This document shows, one piece after another, positions 11,291 to 24,099 of a stretch of 64,000 bases of DNA (its first letter is position 1; each line of letters opens with the position of its first letter). The notes below the pieces were generated by a model. The model was given only the letters and a program-made list of their open reading frames with translations. It ran no database searches and was not told the DNA's origin. The stretch spans positions 4,340,001-4,404,000 of the forward strand of contig NC_058383.1 of assembly GCF_018350175.1 (NCBI RefSeq), given 5' to 3'. Both the position numbers and the translations under genes were made by a program. The DNA comes from Felis catus. Lineage: Eukaryota.

Positions 11291-11314
11291 CGGAAGTGAC
11301 TCAGCGGAATTCCC
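11291..11314. promoter_or_regulatory. Composite ETS/AP-1 element with adjacent kB-like site
   Basis: CGGAAGTGACTCAGCGGAATTCCC: CGGAAGT overlapping TGACTCA, then GGAATTCCC. Confidence 0.55.
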
Positions 11315-11820
11315 GCGAGCTGGGGGGAGGGTGGGAGGGATGCTCCAAAGGGGCTGGGGAGGGGGCGTTGCCCTCGCAGAGGCCCCACCCCCAAACTCTC
11401 TAGGCCCTGGAAGCCCACGGTCTCAGTTCTCCACCCACCCGCGGCCCAGCCGGTTAGCGGTGGGGAATACAGCCTGAGGACTGAGGGAAGAAATAGGGAG
11501 CTGGAAACCTGATCTGGGGAGGGGGGGGGAGGCAATCAGGGAGGGGGGTGCGAGACTCTTTCCCACCCTCCTGGAACCTCCATCCCAGAGCCTGGCCTCG
11601 GCTGTCGGTAGGGCAGACTGGAAGGAAATGGCGTGGGGTGGCAGCTGGCTCTATTTCCAATCCCGGGTGGCCTTTGGAAGGGGGCTGGGCGAACAGAGTC
11701 GGCTGGGTCTGGATTCCCTGCTCAGGCTCTCTCGGAGACGAACTCTTCCTCTGCATAAAGGGAATTGTTCAATAAATAGGCCTTCAAGGATGATCATAAA
11801 TTACCTGGTGGCACACTGGG

Positions 11821-11822
<2 letters not shown>

Positions 11823-11870
<48 letters not shown>
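11823..11870 (+). repeat. (TG)24 microsatellite
   Basis: Perfect dinucleotide run. Confidence 0.97.
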
Positions 11871-11874
<4 letters not shown>

Positions 11875-12308
11875 CACGCGTGCAACGCCCACACCCACCT
11901 AGGCTGGGGCAGGCTTGAGTGGATTAAGACGGCGGCACCAATATTCCAAGAACTGAGCCTCAGTTTTCCAATGAATAAAATGGGTATAAGGACCCCCAAA
12001 ACGAGGCTTGCTGGAGTTAGAGGCAAGCGACGCGACGTCGACCTAATTCACCTAATTACGGGCAAGACCACGCTCTGGCACTTGTACCCAGGGACGGCTG
12101 GACTGAGAAGGCGAACAAATAAATGTTCTGCACGGCTCGGCTCCAAAGCTCCAATGCGCGCCCTTAGGGAAGCTGTCCACGACTACGAAGACAAAAGATA
12201 CAGCCTGCTTCCTCCTAGGCGCGAGAGAGGAAAGGACCCCACCCAAGACTGCCGCCCTCAGGGACCCTGCGCTATCCCCACCTCCGGATTGAGCTGCGGA
12301 GCTCCTGA

Positions 12309-12327
12309 CGGCCGCCAGGTGGCGCTG
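12309..12327 (+). promoter_or_regulatory. CTCF core motif
   Basis: CGGCCGCCAGGTGGCGCTG closely matches consensus TGGCCACCAGGGGGCGCTA, in a CpG-retaining context. Confidence 0.7.
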
Positions 12328-12883
12328 CAGACGCTCCTGCTGTGCCAAGCTGGGCGGGGCTGGATTGTTCTGGAGTAGGGCCCCTCCGGAAGCCTCCCTC
12401 AGACCTATGTAGAAACCCTGTAGCCAAAAAATAAAAAGCAAAAAAAGGACTGTGTTCAAAAAATGCAAAATAAGACTCAATACAGTATTTACATATTTAT
12501 GTGGTCAAATTACAACTGAATTTGCTTCATCTGTCCTAGCCTGAGGCCCTGGGGCCCCAGTGTCCCCTGTTTTGGGGGTCCAGAGCAGGGGCCTGAGGGC
12601 CTGCTCAGGGTTACAGGAAAGAGGACTAGATGGGGTGGTTCTCAGAGCAAGGAGGCTTAAGCCAGTCTTTAAAAGTGGGTAGAATTATTGTTGCACTATA
12701 TGCTAACTAACTTGAATGTAGGTTAAAATAATAAATTAAATTAAAAAAAATTATGCATGCAAAAAACAAAAAGGCATATCTTAGAATGACCTTATAATCC
12801 AGAAATTCTACTTAGTTTTACATCCAAGATAAATAAACATATGTGTATACATAAAAAAACAAAAAATAAAAATGGGTAGAATT

Positions 12884-15290
12884 TGGGGGGCCTGGGTGGC
12901 TCAGTCTCTTAAGCGTCTGACTTCAGCTCAGGTCATGACCTCAAGGTCTGTGAGTTCCAGCCCCACATCGAGTTCCCTGCTATCAGCACAGAGCGGGCTT
13001 CAGCTTCTGTCTCCCTCTGCCCCCCCCCCAAATAAATAAAACATTAAAAAATATATATATACACACATATACATGTGGGTAGAAGTTGGGGGGGAGAGGG
13101 ACCGGACTGCAGGCTGGGAGGTGGACCTGGTCCCAACAAGTACAGAGCCCATCACCCAAGTAGGTGAGAGGGTGGATTCTGGAAAGCGTGTGGGCGAGCG
13201 ATGCCCTTGCAAATCCGGGAACTCGGCCTGAACCTGCCTGCTAATGGTGGCTGGACATCCCCTAGCAGATGAGGTCAGCGAGCTGTGTCTGCTGGGAACT
13301 GGAACAGGAGTGACCTCCAAGCTCCATGGGTCAGAGTGGGCTGGGGGGGTACCTGGCCTGGGAGCAGTGATGGGGAGGGGTTGAGTATCCAGGGAGACCC
13401 AGGTCTTGACCCCCTTCCCGCCCAGCCCTGATCAAGGTGGGGGAGGAAGATAGGTGCCAGGAGATAGGTGTCCAAGTATAATTTCCAAAAAGCTAAATAG
13501 GGGCGCCTGGGTGGCGCAGTCGGTTAAGCGTCCGACTTCAGCCAGGTCACGATCTCGCGGTCCATGAGTTCAAGCCCCGCGTCGGGCTCTGGGCTGATGG
13601 CTCAGAGCCTGGAGCCTGTTTCCCATTCTGTGTCTCCCTCTCTCTCTGCCCCTCCCCCGTTCATGCTCTGTCTCTCTCTGTCCCAAAAATAAATAAACGT
13701 TGAAAAAAAAATTAAAAAAAAAAAACAACGCTAAATAGAGCTGGGGCGCAGGGCTGGGTCAGTCAGCGGAGCACACCTTTATCTCCGGGTCGTGCTTCCA
13801 GCCCCACATTCCAGCCCCACATTCGGGGTGGAAGATTACATTAAAAAAATCTTTTTTTTTTTAAATTTTTTTTTTAACGTTTATTTATTTTTGAGACAGA
13901 GAGAGACAGAGCATGAACGGGGGAGGGGCAGAGAGAGAGGGAGACACAGAATCCAAAGCAGGCTCTGGGCTCTGAGTTGACAGACTGACAACAGTGAGCC
14001 CGATGTGGGGCTCGAACCCACAAACTGAGATTATGACCTGAGCCAAAGTCGGATGCTCAAGCGACTGAGCCACCCAGGCGCCCCTGGAGAGGGAGAGAAT
14101 GTTAAGCAGGCTCCATGCTCCGCACAGGGCCCCACATGAAGCTTGCTCCCATGACCCTAGGATCCTGACCTGAGCCCAAACCTAGAGTCAGATGCTCAAC
14201 CGGCTGAGCCACCTTATAAAATCCATTTTAAAATGTTGGGATAAGATTCCCAAATTCAATAAAAAACAAAACCTGACTAATGTCCTTTGGGGCAACGAAG
14301 GGTAACCCTTGAACGGCAAATAGCATACAATTTCACTTACAGGTGGAATCTAGAAAACGAATAGATGAACAAACGAGAAAACAGAGACTCTTAAATACAC
14401 AGAACAAACTCGTGTTTACCAGAGGGGAGGTAGGCGGAAGGATGGGTAAAAGGGGATGAAGGGGATGAAGAGATACAAGTTTCCAGGTATAAAATAAATG
14501 AGTCACAGAGATGAAAAGTACAGCATAGGGAGTTTAGTGGGTACTATTGTAACAACATTGTATGGTGACTATGCTTAGTCATGGGGAGGATGTTAGCCGT
14601 ATTTCAATAACAAGTACAATTTTCAAATTATTTTTGAGAGAGAGAAAGAAAGAGAACAAGTAGGGGAGAGGCAGAGAGAGGGGGACAGAGGATCCGAAGC
14701 AGGCTCTGTGCTGACAGCAGAGAGCCCGATGCAGGGCTCGAACTCCAAAACCATGAGATCGGGACCTGAGCTGAGTCAAACACTTAACCAACTGAGTCAC
14801 CCAGGTGCCTGAATAATAAGTAAATGAATAAGTAAGTAAATAAATAAATAAATTCTTTCTTCCTTTCAATGTCTATTTATTTTTGAGAAAGAAATAGAGT
14901 GTGAGGGAGGGAGGGGCAGAGAGAGAGGGAGACACAGAACCCGAAGGAGGCTCCAGGCTCTGAACTGTCAGCACAGAGCCCGATGCGGGGCTCGAACTCA
15001 TGAACCGCGAGATCACAACCTGAGCCAAAGTCAGACACTTAACAGACTCAGCCACCCAGGTGCCCCAAAGGTACATTTTTTTTTCAACTTTTTTTTTTTA
15101 ATTTTTGGGACAGAGAGAGACAGAGCATAAACGCAGGAGGGGCAGAGAGAGAGGGAGACACAGAATCGGAAACAGGCTCCAGGCTCTGAGCCATCAGCCC
15201 AGAGCCCGACACGGGGCTCGAACTCACGGACCGCGAGATCGTGACCTGGCTGAAGTCGGACGCTTAACCGACTGTGCCACCCAGGCGCCC
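12884..15290. mobile_element. Dense SINE cluster: + copies at about 12884-13055, 13500-13727 (young), 13743-13850; - copies at about 13852-14084, 14085-14212, 14622-14810, 14872-15066, 15075-15290 (young); L1 3' fragment at about 14320-14615
   Basis: Repeated SINEC heads and tails; partial TSD GCTAAATAG flanks the 13500 copy. Confidence 0.88.
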
Positions 15291-16879
15291 CACATTTTTT
15301 TTTTTTAAAACCAGTAACTGTTGGTGTTATCTTTTATATCAGACACACATCCACAGGTTAACCTGTAACGTCACCAAGTCTGAGCCCTTAACAGAAAGGA
15401 AACAGCAAGGCAACAGAGGCCTCCTAGAGCGTTAAGTCTTTAGGTGCACTTGTTAGACAAGGCAGTCCTTCTCTGGGCCTTATTTCGAGGTTTTGGATGA
15501 CATTTCCTGGCACAGGAGAGATGTGGGTGCCCGGCCAGACCCCGACACATGCTACAGCCACGAATACTTCCCAACCTTTCTGGCCTCCGCTTCCTTAGCC
15601 CCGGGGGGCTCGGACCCACATCTTCCAGCTCTGACAGTCTCCACCCTCCAAGACTGATCTTACCACCAAGTGTATACCCAAGGTCCCCATTTCATTTCAT
15701 CCCTACCCTGCTCTGGCTCAGCCGTCCTAGGGACCTCAGGAAGGTAATGACATTGGGTTCAGAGGGACTCAGAACAGCCACAGTCCCCAGGTCTGCCCTC
15801 AGGTACTATGTGATTCCAGGAAAACTCGGCCCCTCTCCAGGCCTCTGCTTCGGGTTGGCCAAAGGGCAAGGTGGAGGGGGTCTGTGGCTGCCCCCGCCTG
15901 CTCTTCCACAGGGGCCCCCCAGATTTGAGAATCTGGGAACCCTCCTTGCCCTTGGTGCCACTGAATGCCATTCAATTCAAAAGGAATGAGCCCTGGGGAA
16001 GAGAGACCTGATAAGCTCCTAGTGGTCAGGAGCTCAGACACAAGGTCTGGTCTCTTAAGATAGTGGGAAAATCTGAGACGTTTTGTGGATTCAGCAGGAA
16101 ATAGTTTAGCAGTTGATTGGCAATGTCGGCCATAAATGCAAAAATGAAAATAGGTTGTATCTTGTGTATTTACCCAACCCGGTCAAGTAAATACAGGCTC
16201 GCTCTCTCTCCAGTAGAGAGTCAGGAAAGCGCAGATTCTGGTCCCAATTTTGCTACTGCCTTGCTGAGGAAACTGAGGAAACCAGCCCCTCTGAGCCTCA
16301 GTTTCCGTAGCTATATAAAATGAGAGTTAGTATCTTCCCAGGGTTGATGTGACAATAAATACTGTCGGTGAATATCTTCATGTTGCAAGAAATGGAAAAT
16401 ACCAATGAATCTTGTTTGGAACAACGAACATTGGTTTCCCTAAACTGTCTAGAGATGAGACTTCAGGTATGGTATGATCAGGGTTCTGGCTCAATTTCTC
16501 TGTGACTCTGTTAGTATTGTTGTTTGTTTTTTTTTTCCCCCACAGGTCAGCTCTGTCTTCAAGGACCCGAAGCCTGCTACAGGCCCACACTGACTTGGGG
16601 TAGATTGCAATGTTCTGGGCCAGCCCGCTAAGCAACGGCCCTAAAGTTGCTCCTGATTGGGCAATTTCAGTCACGTACCCATCCCTGGAGCACTGCTTGT
16701 TGCCAGGCTCGGAAGGAGCCAGGAAGAGAAAGAGGGTCTTCCCCCAGGCTCCGGAGTTAGAGGAAGAGTGAAGAGTGGAAAGGAAACCAGTAAAAAGGAG
16801 GGAAGGGAGGGATGCTGGGAAGGAGCCCCCGGGGAGCACGGTGGATGAGGAAAGGAGGGGCTGACAAACTTCTCCAGGC

Positions 16880-17690
16880 AGCCCGAGGCCATTGCCTCGG
16901 GATCAGAGAGCCCGGGAGGCTGGAAAGGGCACAGCAGCTGAGGTGTGCAGGGGGGAAGGGGCCCTGGGTGAGGGTGTGGCGCGGTGTGTGTGTGTGTGTG
17001 GGGGGTCCTTTGGGGAAGGCGCCTCCAGCCGGAGATCTCAGAAACCACGCCCTGCAGGAAGCCAGTCGGGGTCCCCTCCGGGAGCCTCCCGGTCCCCCAA
17101 GCCTCCTGCTGCGCCCTCCGCGGTCTCCGCCAGCAGGAAGCAGGGGACGGGGTGGGGAGGCGGCGGCTCTCCGCAGGGGGTCGGGGAGCGCACTGGTCCC
17201 GGGACGCGGCGGCTGACGGAAGTACCGCGGGACAGGGGTTGCAGAGGGCAGAGGGACCCGGGAGACGCCCCCTTCCCAGCCGAGCCCACAGTTGGGGGCT
17301 CGCTCTTCGCGGGCGGAGCCCTTACTCACTCCGACCCCCACTGCTGGATCCAGGGCCCCTCTCTCCGCCGCGGCTCGGCGCTCCGGATCCCTCTCCCCGC
17401 CCACAGCCTCGCCATTGGCTTCCCAGGGCTGCGGCCGCCTCGGATTGGTCCAGCTCCGCGAGGCCCCGCCCCCTCGTCGGCACAAAGAGGAGGCCCACCC
17501 CGCCTCCCGGCGCTCAGATCCAGCGGAATCTGGGGGCCCGCGTGCCCTGGTTGCGAGCCCCGCCCGGACCCCGCGGCGCGGCTGAATCGTGGCCCCCCCA
17601 GCGTGGGGGTTGTGAGCCCCAAAGGGACGGGCTTAGGCCTGCGGTCCCCGCCGGAGTCTCCACACCTACACCCCGCCCCCGGGGCTCTAT
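16880..17690. promoter_or_regulatory. Orphan CpG island with tandem CCAAT boxes and a GC box
   Basis: CpG-dense; ATTGG at 17414-17418 and 17444-17448; CCCCGCCCC at about 17464; minus-strand donor GGA|GTGAGT at 17330/17329. Confidence 0.7.
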
Positions 17691-18877
17691 GACCTTATCG
17701 GAACTGACCCCCAAGTCCCCCTTACTTCATTTTCCCCTCCCTGCCTGTAGTGCTGTGGGTGTGGGTGGGTGGACTCATCGGATTATTAGTGCCTTGATTA
17801 TAAGCTCTTACAGGTGAGAAAACTGAGGCTCAGTGAGGGTAGGTAATCTGCCCCCAAGTCACACAGCAGTCAAGGGTACCCAATTACCAATAATGAGGAG
17901 TGGGGAAAAAAAGGAGAAGGGTGGTGTAATCTCCGTGCACCGCCCCGCTCCAGTTTCCCTCCAAACACACTTGAGACCCTCAGCTAAGCGGGCTGGAGGA
18001 GGGAATTTCAACAAAATTTGGCAGGGGCGTTTAGAGAGCCAATGTAGGCTTTGTTCCCACCTCCCCCTCTTAGGCAAGTGGGGCCTCCCTGAACTTTACT
18101 TTCCTTATCTGTGAAATGGGATGATAACCGCTGTGAAGATTAGACGAGACCTGCCTGGTGTCAGGCACACAGTAGAGGCTAAACATGCGGTGCCTTTGGA
18201 GACGCTGTGAAGGGGTCACAGTCCACAGGACATCCTTAGAGCACGGTGGACCTGCTCAGCCGGGGTCTGGAAGGCGGCATTCGCACTAGGTTTCCCAGGG
18301 GGACTGACGGGCCTGTGGGTCTTGGATTGTGGGAAGGCCCCAAGCCAGGAGATCAGGGCAGGGTGAGTGTCCAGGCTGCCCCAGCGGGGTGGGAGTGGGG
18401 GTGCCATTCAGGGTTTGCCAGACAGGGGCCGTGTGAAGGGGACGATGGGAACAGAGCCTCTCTGTGCCCAGCGAAGATGGGGCTAGGGGGTGTAGGCGGG
18501 CTCGAGGGCTCCGGGATTTCCAGAACCACCCCAAAACTTTCAAAGTGGTTGGCACTTGTGAAGCTCTGGGAGAGGGTGACCAGGTGCAGGGAACACTGGC
18601 CAGGACTCCTGGGTTCAAGCTTGACACCTGTGGCATATCGCAGGTGTGAGTCCTGAGTGGTCAGGGCTTCCCTTGTGGGAACCGGTCAGTGGCCCTGTGC
18701 TCCTGGCCACCTGCAGGGTCCGTGTTTGGTTTCATCCCCAGCCTCTTACAGCATGGACCAGCATCCTTTGTAAGGAGCAGCTGACCCCTTCACCTCTCCA
18801 GCACCTGCAGGGCTCCCCTCCGCATCACCTGCTCTCCCCCTCTGCTCTCCCAAAGACCCTCTGCAACCCAAAATGTC

Positions 18878-21800
18878 TTTTTTCTTTATTTATTTAGAGC
18901 GAGAACCAGTGGGGGAGAGGCTGAGGGAGGGGGGGACAGAAGATCTGCACCGGGTCCGTGTTGACAGCACAGAGCCTGGCGTGGGGCTCGAACCCACGAA
19001 CCTCCAGATCATGACCTGAGCCGAAGTCGGAAGCTTAACCAGCTGAGCCACCCAGGCACCCCGCCCCAAAATGTCTTTTTAATCTCTTTTTAAATTTTGA
19101 AATAAACACACACTCAAAGTTGCAAGTACCATACAAAGTAAGGTTTTTTTCTGGAAAAAATTGGAGAGTCATTTCCCAACCTGATGCCCTTTCTCCCCTT
19201 ATATTCCCTTCAAACAAGTTTGTTCTTCTTCTTTTTTTTTTTTTTTTTTTTTTTTTTTTCCTTAGAAAGAGTGAGCAGGAGCCGGGGAGAGGGGCAGAGG
19301 GAAAGAGATAGAATCTTAATCAGGCTCCACACTCAGCACCGAGCCTGACGAGGGACTCGATCTCATGACCCTGGGATCATCACCTGAGCTGAAATCAATG
19401 GTCAGATGCTCAACCGATTGAGCCACCCAGGCGCCCCAAGTTTGTTCTGTATACATAGCCACGTTAAGGTTGCCAAAATAGGAATACGTTACTACGCAAT
19501 GAAACACGACCTCCAGCTGATGTTCAGACCCCATGAGTTTCACTAGTTGTCCCCAAAATGTCCTTTATAGCAAAAAATCCAAGCCGGGTGTTGTGGTTAG
19601 GTGGATCCCGTCTTCCACCCATCTTTGGCTTTCCCGACCTCGACATTTTAAAAGGTTACAGAGCAGTTACAGGCCAGGAGTGGTTTGGACTTACCTGACC
19701 TCATGATTTCTTTCCGATTTTGCTTTGTGGCAGTAATATCACAGAGCTGATGCTGTGTTCTCGGTTCGCCCCGTTCCTGGTACTGCTTCCTGTAATGATT
19801 TGGTGAAGGGCGTGTCTGCCCAGGTTTTCTCCATGGAAAGCGTCTCTCTTTTTTTTCTTGGTCAATCATCAATCTTTTGCAGATGTGCTATTTTGTAAAA
19901 TACTGCCTTCCTTATCAGAGTTGACTTCCAATTACTTCGTGTATTTATATCTCTACAGAATCACATTTTTGCATCTATTTGACTCAATGGGTTGTAATCT
20001 GATACTATAATTTTTTTTTTCTTTTTGGATGCTAAAATTGTCTCCCACTTGGCCTGTGGGAATCCCTCCTATATGGCTCCTGTGTCCTTTGGACATCATG
20101 TCATACTTTTTTTTTTTTTAATAGCTTTATTGAGGTCTGATTGACATACACTCAATTGCACATTTTTAAAAAATTTTTTTTAATGTTTATTTATTTTTGA
20201 GCAGAGAGAGACAGAGCATGAATGGGTGAGGCTCAGAGAGAGAGGGAACACAGAATCTGAAGCAGGCTCCAGGCTCTGAGCGGTCAGCACAGAGCCCGAC
20301 GTGGGGCTCGAACCCACAGACCACGAGATCATGACCTGAGCCGCAGTCGGATGCTTAACTGACTGAGCCACCCAGGCGCCCCTCAATTGCACATTTTTGA
20401 GGTGTAGGATTTGATAAGTTTTGACATGCGTACACCGATGAAGCCATCAACACAATTAGGGTAATGAATGTATTCATCACTCTCCTTTGTGCCTTTGTAA
20501 TCCCGTGCCTCCCACCCCACCCATGTCCTCAGGCGACAGCTGACCTTTCTGTCCTAAGATTAGATAACCATTTTCTAGAATTTTATATATGTGAAACCAC
20601 GCACCCTTTTTGTAAAAGCTTATTTATTTCTTTTGACAGAGAGAGACACTGGGAAGGGACAGAGAATGAGAGGGAGAGAGAGAATCCCAAGCAGGCTCTG
20701 CGCTGTCAGCCCACAGTCTGACGTGGGGTTCGAACGCACGAACTGTGAGATCATGATCTGAACCGAAATCAAGAGTCAGACGCTTAACGGACTGAGCCAC
20801 CAGGTGCCCCTGCTACATCCTTTTTTTTTTTTTCATGATTGAGAGAAATTCACAATGCATAAAATTAACCGAAGTGAACAAGTCATTGGTATTTAGTGTA
20901 TTCACAGTGTTGTGCCACGACCATCTCTAACTAGGTCCAGAACATTTTTATCACCCCCAAAGGGAACCCCCATACCTGTTAGGCAGTCACTGCCCATTCC
21001 CACTAACCCTCTGTCCCTGGTAACCACCCATCAGCTTTCTGTCTCTCTGGTTTGACTTATTCTGGGTATTTCACACAGATGGAATCCTACAATACATGGC
21101 CTTTTGTGCCCGCTTTCTTTTTTTTTTTTAATTTTTTTTTTAACGTTTTTATTTATTTTTGAGACAGAGAGAGACAGAGCATGAACGGGGGAGGGGCAGA
21201 GAGAGAGGGAGACACAGAATCAGAAGCAGGCTCCAGGCTCTGAGCCATCAGCCCAGAGCCCGACGCAGGGCTCGAACTCACGGACCGGGAGATAGCGACC
21301 TGAGCTGAAGTCAGACGCTTAACCGACTGAGCCACGCCCAGGCTCCCCTGTGCCCGCTTCTTTCAATGAACACCCTGTTGCCAAGGTCCATTCGGATTGT
21401 AGCGCGGATCAGTTTTTCATGCCTCTTTACGGCTGAATACTATTCCATTGAATGCGTGCAACGCATTTTGTTTATTCTTTTAGCCCGTGACAATACATTT
21501 GGATTGTCTCCACCTCCCGGCTATTGTGAATATCAGCGCTGCTATGACCCTCTGTGTACAAGTCGTGTTTGAACACCTGATTTCAATTCTTCCGGGCATA
21601 TACCGAGGAACGACGTTGCGGGGTCACATGGGCATTCTATATTTAACTTGTGTACCCGCCAAACTTTCCGGCGGGCTCTGCACCATTTTATATTCTCAGC
21701 GGCAGCATAGGGGGGTTGCAGTTTCCCCGTGTCTTCAGCAACACTTATTTTCCTCTTAATTTTTTTTATTGTGGTCACTCTAGTGGGTACGAGGTGGTGT

Positions 21801-23352
21801 CTCCCTGTGGTTTTGACCTGCATTTCCCGGGTGGCTAATGCCATGGAGCATCTCTCCACGTGCTTGCTTTCCATGTGCTTGCTGATCCTCGGAGAATCCT
21901 GGATCCCTCTGACAGGTCCTCCCTGTTCTCTGCACCAGCCCTGATCAGACCACACCGGGGGCCCCGTCCCTCCTTTTTGTGGAGCCTAGGGGTGAAGGCA
22001 CGAGGTATGGCTGCTCCCAGGCCCTCTTGAGGGGATAAGCTGGGAAATGTGTGCGTGTTCACACGCAGGGCGCGTTCACACACGTGTATGATTCCCGTAT
22101 CTATTGATTTGTATTGAAACTCCTGAGTTCACACTGATGCATCTCGGGGTTCACTCTAGTTTCCTCCCTTTCTGTATTTGTAGCTGCCTTCTCTACCAGT
22201 GAGAATCTGGCTGCCGTGATCCTAATGTTCCCAATCCTGCTGTACCCGAGTGTGCCCCCAAACGCACCCCACCTCTCATGGCCACTGTCGCCCCATCGTC
22301 CTGCAGACACCCTCCTCTCCTGCTCGGTCACGCTGTTTCCACTGCCTCCTTACCCCGCATGGGCTTGGACACCCTTCGCCTCTCCTGCCTGGAGATGCTC
22401 CCCCCTCCACTGAGCTCTTTCCCCCCCACTCTGATCCCCGGAGACGGCCACCCCCCTCCTGGACACCTTCCACGGAAGCCCTCGCCACCTGCTGGCCTCT
22501 GGGCCCTGACCTCTGCACAGAGCCGCAGTGTGCCCCGCCCCCAAGTGTGAAGGCCCATTTTGCTCTGCCCCAGCTAATGGGTTTAGGACTCCGTTGTTCC
22601 AGAAGGGAAAGGAAAGGAGAAGGGGCAAAGAGAAGAGGGAGAGGTCCCCTCTGTTTCTTGCTTTATCCTGAGAACTCATGGCAGGTGTGCCGTTTATAAC
22701 CAAAGCGACAAGATGCGACTAGATATTGTACCCCCCTCCCAGCACACCTGCGAGTAGAGTTGATGGGGAGGGGGCTGCAGTTCCAAGGCCAGGGCTTGGG
22801 CCTCTGCTGGGGAGGGCTGGAAAGGACCGCCTGGGGACGCAGGCACCCTGGGGGAGGGCTGGGCACGGCAGGCGGCCTCCTATCCTCTTAGCTTCCTCCC
22901 CAGACAATGGGCCGCCTTCTGCGGCCTGAGATAAGAGACACGTCCAGGAATCACAGAATCACAGCCTCCTGTCTGCCGCCCAGGAGAGGACTGCTTCCCT
23001 GGGGACCGGTCCCCTCATGTAGCAGAGGCCACCCGTCTGGTCCCCATCACCCTGCGCCTTTGAGAAAGGGAGGTGTGAGGCCCTACCCTTTCTCCAGGAC
23101 TCAGCTGCTCGAGGAGAATATTTTCTTTTCGTTAAAAAAAATTTTTTTTTTTAACGTTGATTCATTTTTGAGAGACAGAGCACGAGGGGGGGGGAGGGGC
23201 CGAAAGAGAGGGAGACACAGAATCGGAAGCGGGTTCCAGGCTCTGAGCTGTCAGCACAGGGCCCGACGACGCGGGGCTCGAACTCGTGAAGTGTGTGATC
23301 ATGACCTGAGCTGAAGTCAGATGCTCAACCAACCGAGCCACCCAGGCGCCCC
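18878..23352 (-). mobile_element. Block of old antisense L1M fragments (about 19440-22240) with antisense SINEs at about 18878-19062, 19232-19437, 20166-20382, 20615-20810, 21115-21348, 23125-23352
   Basis: L1 3'-end reverse motifs (TACTATTCCATTG.ATG, GTGGTGTCTCCCTGTGGTTTTGACCTGCATTTCCC) and SINEC reverse complements. Confidence 0.8.
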
Positions 23353-24099
23353 GATTATGTTAACTTTTTAAATGTGGTTCTAGAACTTTCCAGGTTACCT
23401 TTGTGGCTGGCATAGAACGTCTCCAGTCCCGGGAGCCCCCGGAGCCCCACCCAGTCAGCACCTCCCCCGGAGGCCGCTCTCTGCTGTCACCCTACGCTTG
23501 CTTTGACTGCTCTTGAACTTCAGGTAAATGGGGTCACACAGCAAGGGCTCGTTCCTGTCTGCGAGGGTCAGCCGTGGCATTCATGTCCTGGCACATTCAC
23601 GGGAATTTACTAATCCAGGCCCTGGATGGGACAAGGGGACCCAGCGAGCAACCACTCCACTGGGTCCTTGCCTTGAGGAGCTCGCAAACGGCGTCCCCTC
23701 CTGGGGACAGGGGACGTCTCCTCCCTCACCTCAGCCACCATTTTCCTGAGGGCGATAACTGGAGCCTGTCACACTCCTGCTCCAGCCTTGCATGGCCCCG
23801 GTGCTCTCGGGATAAAGCCCAGAGCACAGGTCTGCAGCTCTGGCCTCTGCCACACCGTCTCCCTTCCTCTGCACCCAGATCTGACTCCAGCCGGCCCCTC
23901 AACTCCTGCTCCCCTGCGGGCTCCAGTGGACACGTCCCCGGAACTGTTCTATGCCAACGACCCCGTGGGGGAGGCAGCACTGCGCCCATTTCCTGCCCCC
24001 CGGGCCCCCTCGGAGGCTGCTTCCTCGTCTGTATGCTGACCTCTGTTTCTTTGAGCCTCTCTGTTCCATTGCAGCGAACCTCGATGGGAACCAATCACG

